Of a DNA stretch of 64,000 nt, positions 57,030-64,000 are shown one piece after another. The stretch comes from an uncultured Acidimicrobiaceae bacterium (GTDB lineage: Bacteria > Actinomycetota > Acidimicrobiia > Acidimicrobiales > Ilumatobacteraceae). Each line of letters opens with the position of its first letter. Position 1 is the first letter of the stretch. Under the pieces are notes generated by a model. It was not told where the DNA came from. It saw only the letters and a program-made list of their open reading frames with translations, and did not search any database. The stretch covers positions 2,419-66,418 of the forward strand of contig CAIZMV010000034.1 of the NCBI GenBank assembly GCA_903934195.1. Direction: 5' to 3'. A program made the translations under genes and the position numbers.

Positions 57030-58019
57030 ATGTTCTTGTTTATAGTGCGGCGTGTCTTTTTCGCCGTCGTTCTTCTTTTAGCAGTCTCGTTCTTTACGTA
57101 CATGCTCTTTGCCATGTTGCCATCAGACCCAGCAGCACTGACGTGTGGAAAGAACTGCAAACCAGATGTGATTGCAGCAAACAGAATCCGGTTGGGCTAT
57201 GACAAATCGCTGATGGAGCAATACTGGTTGTTCCTAAAGGGGATCTTTGCCGGGCGTGACTACGGAACCGGCGCAGCAGCGTTCAGTTGTGGTGCACCTT
57301 CTTTGGGTTATTCATTCGGACAACATGAGTGTGTTACTACTCTTATTGCACAAACCTTTCCCGTCACCGCGTATCTGTCTATCGGTGCGTTCATTTTGTG
57401 GATGTTTATCGGCATCAGTACTGGCGCCATCGCTGCCTTGAATAAGGGCAAATGGCAAGATCGTGCAGCATCAATCTTCACTTCAATCGGTGTCAGTCTT
57501 CCCACGTTCTACATCGGTCTATTGGTTCTCTTTTCCGTAGTGATCTGGTTGCGTATTCTTCCTTTTCCTTCGTATGAGTCACCTTTCGATAATTTCCCGG
57601 TCTTCCTGCGAACGATGATTCTTCCGTGGCTGGTTCTTGCTGTGTTGTCTGCTGCTAGCTACACGAGGCTTACGCGCAACGGAATGTTGGAAGCAATGAA
57701 TGAGGATTTCGTTCGCTTGGGTGTGGCGAAAGGTTTAACAAGGCGAATCATTCTTCGCCGCTACGTGATGCGTCAGGCTCTTGTGCCCATCGTGACAATT
57801 GCTGGCCTTGACTTTGCTGGGTTGCTTGGTGGAGCAATCATTACGGAAAGCGTGTTTTCGCTTCCCGGGATGGGAAAGATGAGTATTCGTGCAGTGGTGG
57901 AATCTGACCTGCCAGTTCTGGTGGGCACCACTATGGTTGCGGCAGTTTTCATTGTGTTGGCAAATGTTCTCGTTGACATTGCATACGGCTATCTAGATCC
58001 ACGTGTGCGGGTTAAATAG
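57030..58019 (+). CDS. Peptide/nickel ABC transporter permease (DppB/OppB type)
   Basis: N-terminus MFLFIVRRVFFAVVLLL is typical of DppB. Ends YLDPRVR. Confidence 0.88.
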   Translation: MFLFIVRRVFFAVVLLLAVSFFTYMLFAMLPSDPAALTCGKNCKPDVIAANRIRLGYDKSLMEQYWLFLKGIFAGRDYGTGAAAFSCGAPSLGYSFGQHECVTTLIAQTFPVTAYLSIGAFILWMFIGISTGAIAALNKGKWQDRAASIFTSIGVSLPTFYIGLLVLFSVVIWLRILPFPSYESPFDNFPVFLRTMILPWLVLAVLSAASYTRLTRNGMLEAMNEDFVRLGVAKGLTRRIILRRYVMRQALVPIVTIAGLDFAGLLGGAIITESVFSLPGMGKMSIRAVVESDLPVLVGTTMVAAVFIVLANVLVDIAYGYLDPRVRVK

Positions 58020-58021
58020 AC

Positions 58022-59038
58022 ATGTCAAACGAAGTAGTGCTATCTGTAAAGAACCTTTCAGTTGTATTCCACACTCCTGATGGAGACGTAGCAGCAGTAA
58101 GCAATGTTTCTTTTGATCTTCACAGTGGTGAGACTCTTGGCATTGTCGGAGAAAGTGGCTCTGGAAAATCAGTAACGGCCTCGTCAATCATGAGGTTAAA
58201 CAACTCGATAACGGCCACAACGACTGGATCGATCCTTATCTCCGGTGTGGACATCTTGACTGCAGACGAGAGTGAAGTGCGCCGAATACGCGGCAGTGAA
58301 GTTGCGATGATTTTCCAAGATCCACTGTCCGCTCTGAATCCGTACTACACAGTGGGCAAGCAAATCGCTGAGGCGTATCTTGTGCATCATCCTCAAGTGT
58401 CAAAAACTGACGCACGAGCAGTCACTCTTGAGATGTTGAAGAAGGTGGGGATTCCAAATCCTGAAAAGCGAATTGACGAATTTCCACATCAGTTCTCTGG
58501 AGGCATGAGGCAACGGATTGTTATTGCTATAGCGCTTATCAATAATCCAAAGGTGCTGATTGCAGATGAACCGACGACCGCGCTTGACGTAACAGTACAA
58601 GCGCAGATTCTTGATCTGATGAAGGATTTGCAGGCCGAGTTCAACATGGCGATTGTTTTGATTACCCATGACTTAGGGGTCATCGCTGAAGCAGCAAAAG
58701 AAGTTCTTGTTATGTACGGCGGCAGAGTTGTTGAACAATCAACCGTTGATGCATTGTTTTCTGAGCCAACACACCCGTATGCATGGGGCTTGCTAGGGGC
58801 TGTTAATAGTCTGAGCAGTAGCGGGCGTGGCGCGCTTGCCACCATTGCTGGTTCGCCGCCATCTCTCATCGCGTTGCCGAGGGGTTGCTCTTTTAATCCA
58901 CGTTGCACGTTCGCGTCAGAAATTTGTAGAAGTGAAGTCCCCGTGCTTCGAACGGTTGGCACCCAGGGATCTGTGGCTGCATGTCATCTTCCGGATAACG
59001 AAATTTTGACAATTGGTCGCGAGGTGGCGTCTCGATGA
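58022..59038 (+). CDS. Peptide ABC transporter ATP-binding protein (DppD/OppD type)
   Basis: Walker A GESGSGKS. Signature FSGGMRQR. C-terminal oligopeptide-type extension with Cys residues. Confidence 0.9.
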   Translation: MSNEVVLSVKNLSVVFHTPDGDVAAVSNVSFDLHSGETLGIVGESGSGKSVTASSIMRLNNSITATTTGSILISGVDILTADESEVRRIRGSEVAMIFQDPLSALNPYYTVGKQIAEAYLVHHPQVSKTDARAVTLEMLKKVGIPNPEKRIDEFPHQFSGGMRQRIVIAIALINNPKVLIADEPTTALDVTVQAQILDLMKDLQAEFNMAIVLITHDLGVIAEAAKEVLVMYGGRVVEQSTVDALFSEPTHPYAWGLLGAVNSLSSSGRGALATIAGSPPSLIALPRGCSFNPRCTFASEICRSEVPVLRTVGTQGSVAACHLPDNEILTIGREVASR

Positions 59039-60036
59039 GCACCGACATTGCACTTCAAGCCATTGACTTGGTAAAGCACTTCGCAACTGGTTCTACTGGC
59101 ATTCTTGGGCGCGCAACAAACATTGTGCAAGCTGTTGATGGCGTGTCATTCTCGTTGCCAAAAGGGAAAACCCTGGGGATCGTAGGGGAGTCTGGTTGTG
59201 GTAAATCTACACTTGCTCGTTTAGTGACTCGACTCATTGAACCTTCTTCTGGTTCTGTGGTACTCGATGGTGTTGACATCACAAAACTTTCTGGAAAAGC
59301 ACTTCGAGAAATGCGCAGAAAACTGCAGATCATTTTCCAAGACCCGTATTCATCATTGAATCCGAGGCACTCCATTGGTCAAATTATTGGTGACCCGATG
59401 CGCATTCAAGGAATTGTGTCCCGAACCAATGAAAAAGCCGAAGTGCAAGATTTGATGCAACGAGTCGGCTTAAACCCAGAGCATTACAACCGCTATCCAC
59501 ATGAGTTCTCTGGCGGTCAGAGACAACGAATCGGAATCGCTCGTGCGTTGTCGCTACAACCGTCAGTGATAGTGGCCGACGAACCGGTATCTGCACTTGA
59601 TGTTTCCATTCAGGCACAGATTCTGAATCTTCTTGAGAATCTTCAAAAGGATCTTGGTTTGTCTTTTGTTTTTATTGCTCACGATCTTTCAGTGGTGCGT
59701 CATATTGCCGATCAGGTTGCGGTGATGTACCTGGGCAGGATTGTTGAAGTCGGAGACGCAGCGACTGTGTACAGCAACCCTGCGCATCCGTACACGAAGG
59801 CACTGCTGTCGGCTGTGCCTGTGGCGAACCCTTCAATGCGTGGTTCAGGCAAGCGCATTCGCCTTGTGGGCGATGTGCCGTCTCCTATTGACCCTCCATC
59901 GGGATGCCGATTCCGCACTCGCTGCTGGAAGGCGACAAATCTCTGTTCGTCTGTTGAGCCCCCTCTGCAGGCTGATGGGGCCGGGAGAGTGGTGGCATGC
60001 CATTTCCCTGAAGAGACCCCAGTATCCGTGGGGTAG
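59035..60036 (+). CDS. Peptide ABC transporter ATP-binding protein (DppF/OppF type)
   Basis: Walker A GESGCGKST. Signature FSGGQRQR. Its start overlaps the upstream stop. Confidence 0.9.
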   Translation: MSTDIALQAIDLVKHFATGSTGILGRATNIVQAVDGVSFSLPKGKTLGIVGESGCGKSTLARLVTRLIEPSSGSVVLDGVDITKLSGKALREMRRKLQIIFQDPYSSLNPRHSIGQIIGDPMRIQGIVSRTNEKAEVQDLMQRVGLNPEHYNRYPHEFSGGQRQRIGIARALSLQPSVIVADEPVSALDVSIQAQILNLLENLQKDLGLSFVFIAHDLSVVRHIADQVAVMYLGRIVEVGDAATVYSNPAHPYTKALLSAVPVANPSMRGSGKRIRLVGDVPSPIDPPSGCRFRTRCWKATNLCSSVEPPLQADGAGRVVACHFPEETPVSVG

Positions 60037-60082
60037 AGCCCCAGATAGGGCGATAGGATTTCTCTTCGTGCGATCCATTGTT

Positions 60083-60304
60083 ATGTACATCACCCTCGTC
60101 TTGAACGTGGTTTCTATGTTGTCCCTCATTGTGGGCGTTTTGCTCCACAGTGGACAAGGTGGAGGGCTCTCAGACATGTTTGGTGGAGCCAGTGGAGCTG
60201 CGCTCGGTTCTGCAGCTGCTGAGCGCAACCTCAACCGCATCACAACGGTCTTTGCGACAATCTGGCTCTTCACAGTCATTGCGCTTTCTTTCTTGCTGAA
60301 TTAG
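60083..60304 (+). CDS. secG: Preprotein translocase subunit SecG
   Basis: 73 aa with two TM segments flanking a Gly-rich loop (LLHSGQGGGLSDMFGG). GTG at 60068 is an alternative start. The upstream part of ORF 59741..60304 overlaps dppF and is rejected. Confidence 0.85.
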   Translation: MYITLVLNVVSMLSLIVGVLLHSGQGGGLSDMFGGASGAALGSAAAERNLNRITTVFATIWLFTVIALSFLLN

Positions 60305-60346
60305 CTCGTCCGATTCTTAGATCAAACTAGGTATCCTGACACCCAC

Positions 60347-60433
60347 GTCGAAGTGGCGAAATAGGCAGACGCACCGGCTTAAGGGGCCGGCGCCCGCAAG
60401 GGCGTGGGGGTTCAAGTCCCCCCTTCGACACCA
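60347..60433 (+). tRNA. tRNA-Leu, class II, anticodon reads AAG in a manual fold; CCA encoded
   Basis: Acceptor GTCGAAG/CTTCGAC, D-stem GCG/CGC, anticodon stem CCGGC/GCCGG, loop TTAAGGG (anticodon at 60381..60383), long variable arm, T-arm GGGGG-TTCAAGT-CCCCC, discriminator A, CCA. Confidence 0.85.
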
Positions 60434-60437
60434 AATT

Positions 60438-60469
60438 AAAAAGCGGCGCTTCGGCGCCGCTTTTCTTTT
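60438..60469. terminator. Bidirectional rho-independent terminator
   Basis: AAGCGGCGC-ttcg-GCGCCGCTT perfect 9-bp stem. Flanked by an A-run on the left and TTTTCTTTT on the right, so there is a U-tract on both strands. Lies between the convergent tRNA-Leu/secG unit and the minus-strand deacetylase gene. Confidence 0.85.
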
Positions 60470-60472
60470 GTC

Positions 60473-61132
60473 CTATTTGAGATAGTCAGACAGGCGGGCG
60501 ACCGTGAGCCCTTGAGCCTTGAGTCGCTTCTCTAGTTGTCTGATGCTTTGTGCAAGAGACCCGACGTAATGGGCAATCACGATATTTCCCCGGTGAATCT
60601 TTCCGTCCCATGTGGTGATGGTGCGGCCATTGAGGCTCACCGTCCAGAGAACCACATGAGAGATGCCACATGCTGCAGCGGCTTGAAGAGTTCGCTTGTC
60701 CCATGAACCATATGGCGGTCTGAAATACCCAGTTGTAGAACCGAATTTCTCTTTGATTCTCCGTTCACCCTCACAGATCTCTTTCTTCTGTTTCTCGAAC
60801 GAAAGCCCCTTCAGTGCGATGTGGCGCGCAGTATGTGTGGCGATGTCATTGCGTGATCCCAAACCTGAAAACCAAGTTGCGAACGTGCCAACTTTTGTCG
60901 GCAATATGAAACTGGTGACTGGCCATTGCAGACGTTCCAGTTCTGCGGCTGCATCTGCAGGTTTGTCTGCGCCGTCATCGATTGTTAAGAAGACAACCTT
61001 GTCTGTTGTGTCGATCTTGTACAGCACTTTGGCCTGTGGTAATTCTGTTGCCGAAATCGATTGAGAACTCACTGAGATTACGGAACCGAGAGCGATTGAA
61101 GCTATGAAAACTCGACGAATCATGAAAGACAC
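60473..61132 (-). CDS. Secreted polysaccharide deacetylase (NodB homology domain)
   Basis: N-terminal signal-like segment (RRVFIASIALGSVISVSS). LTIDDGADK (TFDDG-type) motif and HTARH His motif. Confidence 0.8.
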   Translation of the reverse strand: MSFMIRRVFIASIALGSVISVSSQSISATELPQAKVLYKIDTTDKVVFLTIDDGADKPADAAAELERLQWPVTSFILPTKVGTFATWFSGLGSRNDIATHTARHIALKGLSFEKQKKEICEGERRIKEKFGSTTGYFRPPYGSWDKRTLQAAAACGISHVVLWTVSLNGRTITTWDGKIHRGNIVIAHYVGSLAQSIRQLEKRLKAQGLTVARLSDYLK

Positions 61133-61133
61133 T

Positions 61134-62363
61134 TTACGCCATGGGGCGCAGATGTTTCTTCGCTGCGACGAAGTACAGCGCGAGTAGCAACATCAGCGCG
61201 CCGGCACAAGAGAAGGTCACGGGGGCATTATCTATTTTGCGGGCAATTATTCCCACTAATAGTGCAGCCATGGGGGCAAGACCGCTCATAAGAAGTGAAT
61301 GGAACGCCATGACTCGACCCATTACTTGAGGGGGAGTGTTGTTCTGAATCAGTGTTTGACTGAGGTTCATATAGAAGCCGCCTCCCATTCCCCAGGCAAA
61401 GAGAAGGAATCCCATTCCGAATAGGGAGGTTGATTGACCAAGAAGTACTTGAATGCTTCCGCCCCAACACAAACCGCACATAAACCACAGCCCTTTTCGA
61501 ATCATCTTGTGGTTGTACCGCATGATGAGTGTTGATGTCAGAAGTTGTCCGACGCCAAGCATGGCAAACAGCACTGTGGTTTGACTGCCTGAGGCGCCAG
61601 CCTGTTCTTTAGCTATCTGTGGGCCAAGAACAATCCATGGCGCCATCATGAATACGACGGAGCCGGCCAAGAGGACAAAGAATGAACGCACTGCAGCATT
61701 GCTTTGGATGAAGGAGAGTCCTCCGAAAATCTCTTCTCGAAGTCTACGACGGTGTGTGTTGTGGCTAGGAGGTAGTTCGAGAGGTAGCAACACAAGTAGC
61801 CCAATTGCATAAAGGACTGCTTGGAGCCAGAACGCACCTTCAATTCCCCATTGGCTGATTGCGGGACCCGCTGCAATTGGCCCGATGATTAAGCCGAAGT
61901 TGTTTCCAATAGTGCTGATGGCAATGGCGCCAACCAATTTGTCGCTCGTAACCAAAGTTGGGACGATGGCTGAACGTACGGGTGTTCCGAGAGCAATGAA
62001 TATTCCAGCAACAAATGAACCAACGATTGCCCAGTTGATGGTCATTTGATCAAAGGTGATCATTGCTGCGATACCGATTGTGATTCCGAGTGCACCTATT
62101 TGGCTGACCATCAGAATGGCACGCCTGTTCATGTGGTCACTCATGACTCCGACGGGAAGGGATATGAGTAATGCCGGAACTCCCATGACGAAGAGAATGA
62201 ATCCGCTGATGTCGGACTTTGCGCCTAGTCCTAGTGCTAACCAAACGAAAGCAAATCGTTGAGTGCTCTGCACCAAAATGAAGACAAAACTGTTCAGCCA
62301 CAGCAAACGGAATGGTTTGATTCGAAGCAGATCAACTGGCCTGATTGCTTCATTGACGCTCAT
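61134..62363 (-). CDS. MFS transporter
   Basis: 409 aa with about 12 hydrophobic segments. Ends 1 nt before the deacetylase start. Confidence 0.8.
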   Translation of the reverse strand: MSVNEAIRPVDLLRIKPFRLLWLNSFVFILVQSTQRFAFVWLALGLGAKSDISGFILFVMGVPALLISLPVGVMSDHMNRRAILMVSQIGALGITIGIAAMITFDQMTINWAIVGSFVAGIFIALGTPVRSAIVPTLVTSDKLVGAIAISTIGNNFGLIIGPIAAGPAISQWGIEGAFWLQAVLYAIGLLVLLPLELPPSHNTHRRRLREEIFGGLSFIQSNAAVRSFFVLLAGSVVFMMAPWIVLGPQIAKEQAGASGSQTTVLFAMLGVGQLLTSTLIMRYNHKMIRKGLWFMCGLCWGGSIQVLLGQSTSLFGMGFLLFAWGMGGGFYMNLSQTLIQNNTPPQVMGRVMAFHSLLMSGLAPMAALLVGIIARKIDNAPVTFSCAGALMLLLALYFVAAKKHLRPMA

Positions 62364-62398
62364 GTATTCAATGGTGTCAGGTTGCTACAAGAATTGGG

Positions 62399-63550
62399 TT
62401 ACTGAAGAGACGAATACAACGACTCAATCAGTGCTCTGTTGCGTGGATTCTGCCATCGTGGACCCATTTGATTCATTACGTAGCCAAAACCAACTTTTGC
62501 CTTTGGATCACAGAAGCCCACTGATCCACCTGCACCAAAATGGCCGAACGACTCCGTGTTGGGGCCAAAACCGCGCTCCGGAATAGGCAATTGAAAACCG
62601 TGCGCAAACCGTGATGTTCGGTGGAGAATTCTGTCTTCACCGTTTGACACTTCTGATGAAGCAATGTCTAGTACTTCACGGGGGAGAACCGTACTGCCGT
62701 TATGTGTACCGCCGTAGGCAAGTGAAGTGTAGAGACGTGAAATAGCACGCGCCGACGCATGAACATTTGTACTTGGCATTTCAGCAACGCGCCATGGTGC
62801 GCTGTTCACTACACCTGCACCAGAAAGTCCAGACGGGTTGTAGTAGGTATTGAATTGAAGTAGTTGCTCTTCGTCGAGGCCCTCTGGTTGATGCTCTGGA
62901 AATGGATCATTGGGCCACTCGTAATCGGCTATTCGTGAATGCAGTTCTACAGGAGTACCCAAATAGATTTCAGCGTGTAAGGGCTTGGCAATGAATTCGG
63001 AGATCAATTCTCCGACTGTCTTTCCAGACGCGCGACGCAACACTTCACCAACCAGGAAACCGTACGTATTGACGTGGTATCCGTGTTCCTTCCCAGGGGT
63101 CCACCACGGCGTCTCTGTTGCCAAAGCTTCTGTTATTAGTTTCCAATCAAACATCGCGTTTGGTGCAAGGCGATTGCGTACTGCTGGCAACCCAGCCCTA
63201 TGGCCGAGTAGGTCTCGTAAGGTCAGATGCTCTTTGCCGTGTGCTGCGAACTCTGGCCACAAGGATGCGACGCGGGTGTCATACGTGATGAGACCCTTTG
63301 CGACGCATTGAGCTGCAACAACTGCGGTGACGCCCTTGCCGATAGAGAAAGCGTTAACAAGTTGGTCTTCTTGCCAGATGGCCGATTTCTGGGGGTTAGA
63401 GAATCCACCCCACAGGTCGACAACAGTGACCCCGTTAACGGTCACACAGACAGAAGCACCAATTTCTCCGTGCTCTATGAAGTTGTTCTGGAATGCATCA
63501 CGCACCGCGTGAAACGCCGCATCACATGATCCGTGAATCGGCGTCTGCAT
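62399..63550 (-). CDS. Serine hydrolase, beta-lactamase/esterase (class C-like) fold
   Basis: SxxK motif (FSIGKGVT). About 383 aa from the ATG at 63550, 2 nt after the upstream stop. Confidence 0.78.
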   Translation of the reverse strand: MQTPIHGSCDAAFHAVRDAFQNNFIEHGEIGASVCVTVNGVTVVDLWGGFSNPQKSAIWQEDQLVNAFSIGKGVTAVVAAQCVAKGLITYDTRVASLWPEFAAHGKEHLTLRDLLGHRAGLPAVRNRLAPNAMFDWKLITEALATETPWWTPGKEHGYHVNTYGFLVGEVLRRASGKTVGELISEFIAKPLHAEIYLGTPVELHSRIADYEWPNDPFPEHQPEGLDEEQLLQFNTYYNPSGLSGAGVVNSAPWRVAEMPSTNVHASARAISRLYTSLAYGGTHNGSTVLPREVLDIASSEVSNGEDRILHRTSRFAHGFQLPIPERGFGPNTESFGHFGAGGSVGFCDPKAKVGFGYVMNQMGPRWQNPRNRALIESLYSSLQ

Positions 63551-63552
63551 TG

Positions 63553-64000
63553 TTAGAGAGCTGACTTCTCCAGGATGTGGATACCACAAGCAGAACCAAG
63601 ACCAATGACGTGTGCAAGACCGACCTTGGCGCCTTCAATTTGACGAGGTCCGGCTTCTCCACGCAGGTGATGGCAGACTTCCCAAATATTTGCGATGCCT
63701 GTTGCTGCGATTGGGTGACCCTTTGATTCGAGGCCGCCAGACACGTTGACTGGCATTGATCCGTCTCGCCAGGTTGCACCTGAATTAAAGAAATCAACAG
63801 CTCCGCCTTCTTCGCAGAGCATGAGGTTGTCATAGTGAACAAGCTCGGCTGTCGCGAAGCAGTCATGAAGTTCTACAAGGTTGAGGTCTGACGGTGAGAC
63901 GCCAGCTTGCTCGTATGCCTGCTTGGCTGCAATGCGGGTCAATGTATTGACGTCTGGAAGAACTTGGCATGCCTCTTGGTATGGGTCGCTTGTCAAGATT
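63553..64000 (-). CDS. Thiolase-fold protein (SCP-x/nsLTP-type), C-terminal part only; N-terminus lies beyond the window end
   Basis: The frame is open to the window edge. C-terminal thiolase motifs are present (NVSGGLESKGHPIAATG, HVIGLGSACG). Confidence 0.75.
   Translation of the reverse strand, partial: ILTSDPYQEACQVLPDVNTLTRIAAKQAYEQAGVSPSDLNLVELHDCFATAELVHYDNLMLCEEGGAVDFFNSGATWRDGSMPVNVSGGLESKGHPIAATGIANIWEVCHHLRGEAGPRQIEGAKVGLAHVIGLGSACGIHILEKSAL

Noticed and set aside
59741-60082. Long N-terminal part of ORF 59741..60304 (187 aa)
   Set aside because: It lies out of frame inside the well-supported dppF-type ATPase gene and is Arg/Cys/Leu-rich with no motif. Only the last ~73 codons (from the ATG at 60083) look like SecG.
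60347-64000. Possible genomic island downstream of tRNA-Leu (deacetylase, MFS, beta-lactamase-fold hydrolase, thiolase)
   Set aside because: There is no integrase or recombinase, no direct repeat of the tRNA 3' end and no obvious compositional break by eye. The genes are ordinary metabolic or envelope functions and the window ends before any far boundary.
1-64000. CRISPR arrays, IS elements/transposases, prophage or toxin-antitoxin modules
   Set aside because: No regularly spaced direct repeats were seen. No ORF has transposase, integrase, phage-structural or TA-like features. Intergenic space is too small to hide such elements.

Overview
This 64 kb window is a very gene-dense, co-linear stretch of chromosome. 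By eye it is about 50% GC, and my feature map puts it well above 90% coding. The gene content and local synteny look like a streamlined actinobacterial-type genome. I call about 60 CDS, 2 tRNA-Leu genes and one clear bidirectional intrinsic terminator. I found no IS elements, integrases, prophage genes or CRISPR arrays.

Content in order:
- a sulfatase-like gene and a membrane GGDEF/EAL gene
- phoH-ybeY-CNNM
- a menaquinone cluster (menE, menA, menH, a DsbA-like gene, menD, menF, menG)
- a small acyl-CoA metabolism cluster (ACAD, acyl-CoA ligase, LLM oxidoreductase, MaoC)
- era, dinG-like helicase, uppS plus a degenerate uppS paralog, recO, glyQS
- trpCFBA, bcp, fabZ, and a type II FAS operon (fabD-fabH-fabG-acpP-fabF)
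- tRNA-Leu(CAA), pdtaR, polA, rpsA, coaE
- a contiguous uvrB-uvrA-uvrC array, rapZ, gap-pgk-tpiA
- a peptide ABC transporter wedged before secG, a second tRNA-Leu
- a minus-strand cluster (secreted deacetylase, MFS, beta-lactamase-fold hydrolase, thiolase)

Most of this is ordinary housekeeping. The best candidate for something undescribed is the divergent pair at 22.6-24.0 kb. It consists of a catalytic UppS that ends before the conserved C-terminal RRFG(G) (RXG) tail, next to a UppS-derived paralog that has lost the catalytic DGNGRWA motif but keeps a canonical RRFGG tail. That is the division of labour seen in eukaryotic and archaeal heteromeric cis-prenyltransferases (DHDDS/NgBR).

Other points worth a second look:
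- FabD fused to a lysine-less biotinyl/lipoyl-like domain
- a tRNA-Leu whose anticodon reads AAG (A34)
- UvrA with a histone-H1-like lysine-rich tail
- rapZ without yvcK/whiA
- extreme compaction, with shared palindromic TTAA/CTAG double stops and CATG head-to-head starts

All functional calls come from motif recognition by eye. No database search was run.
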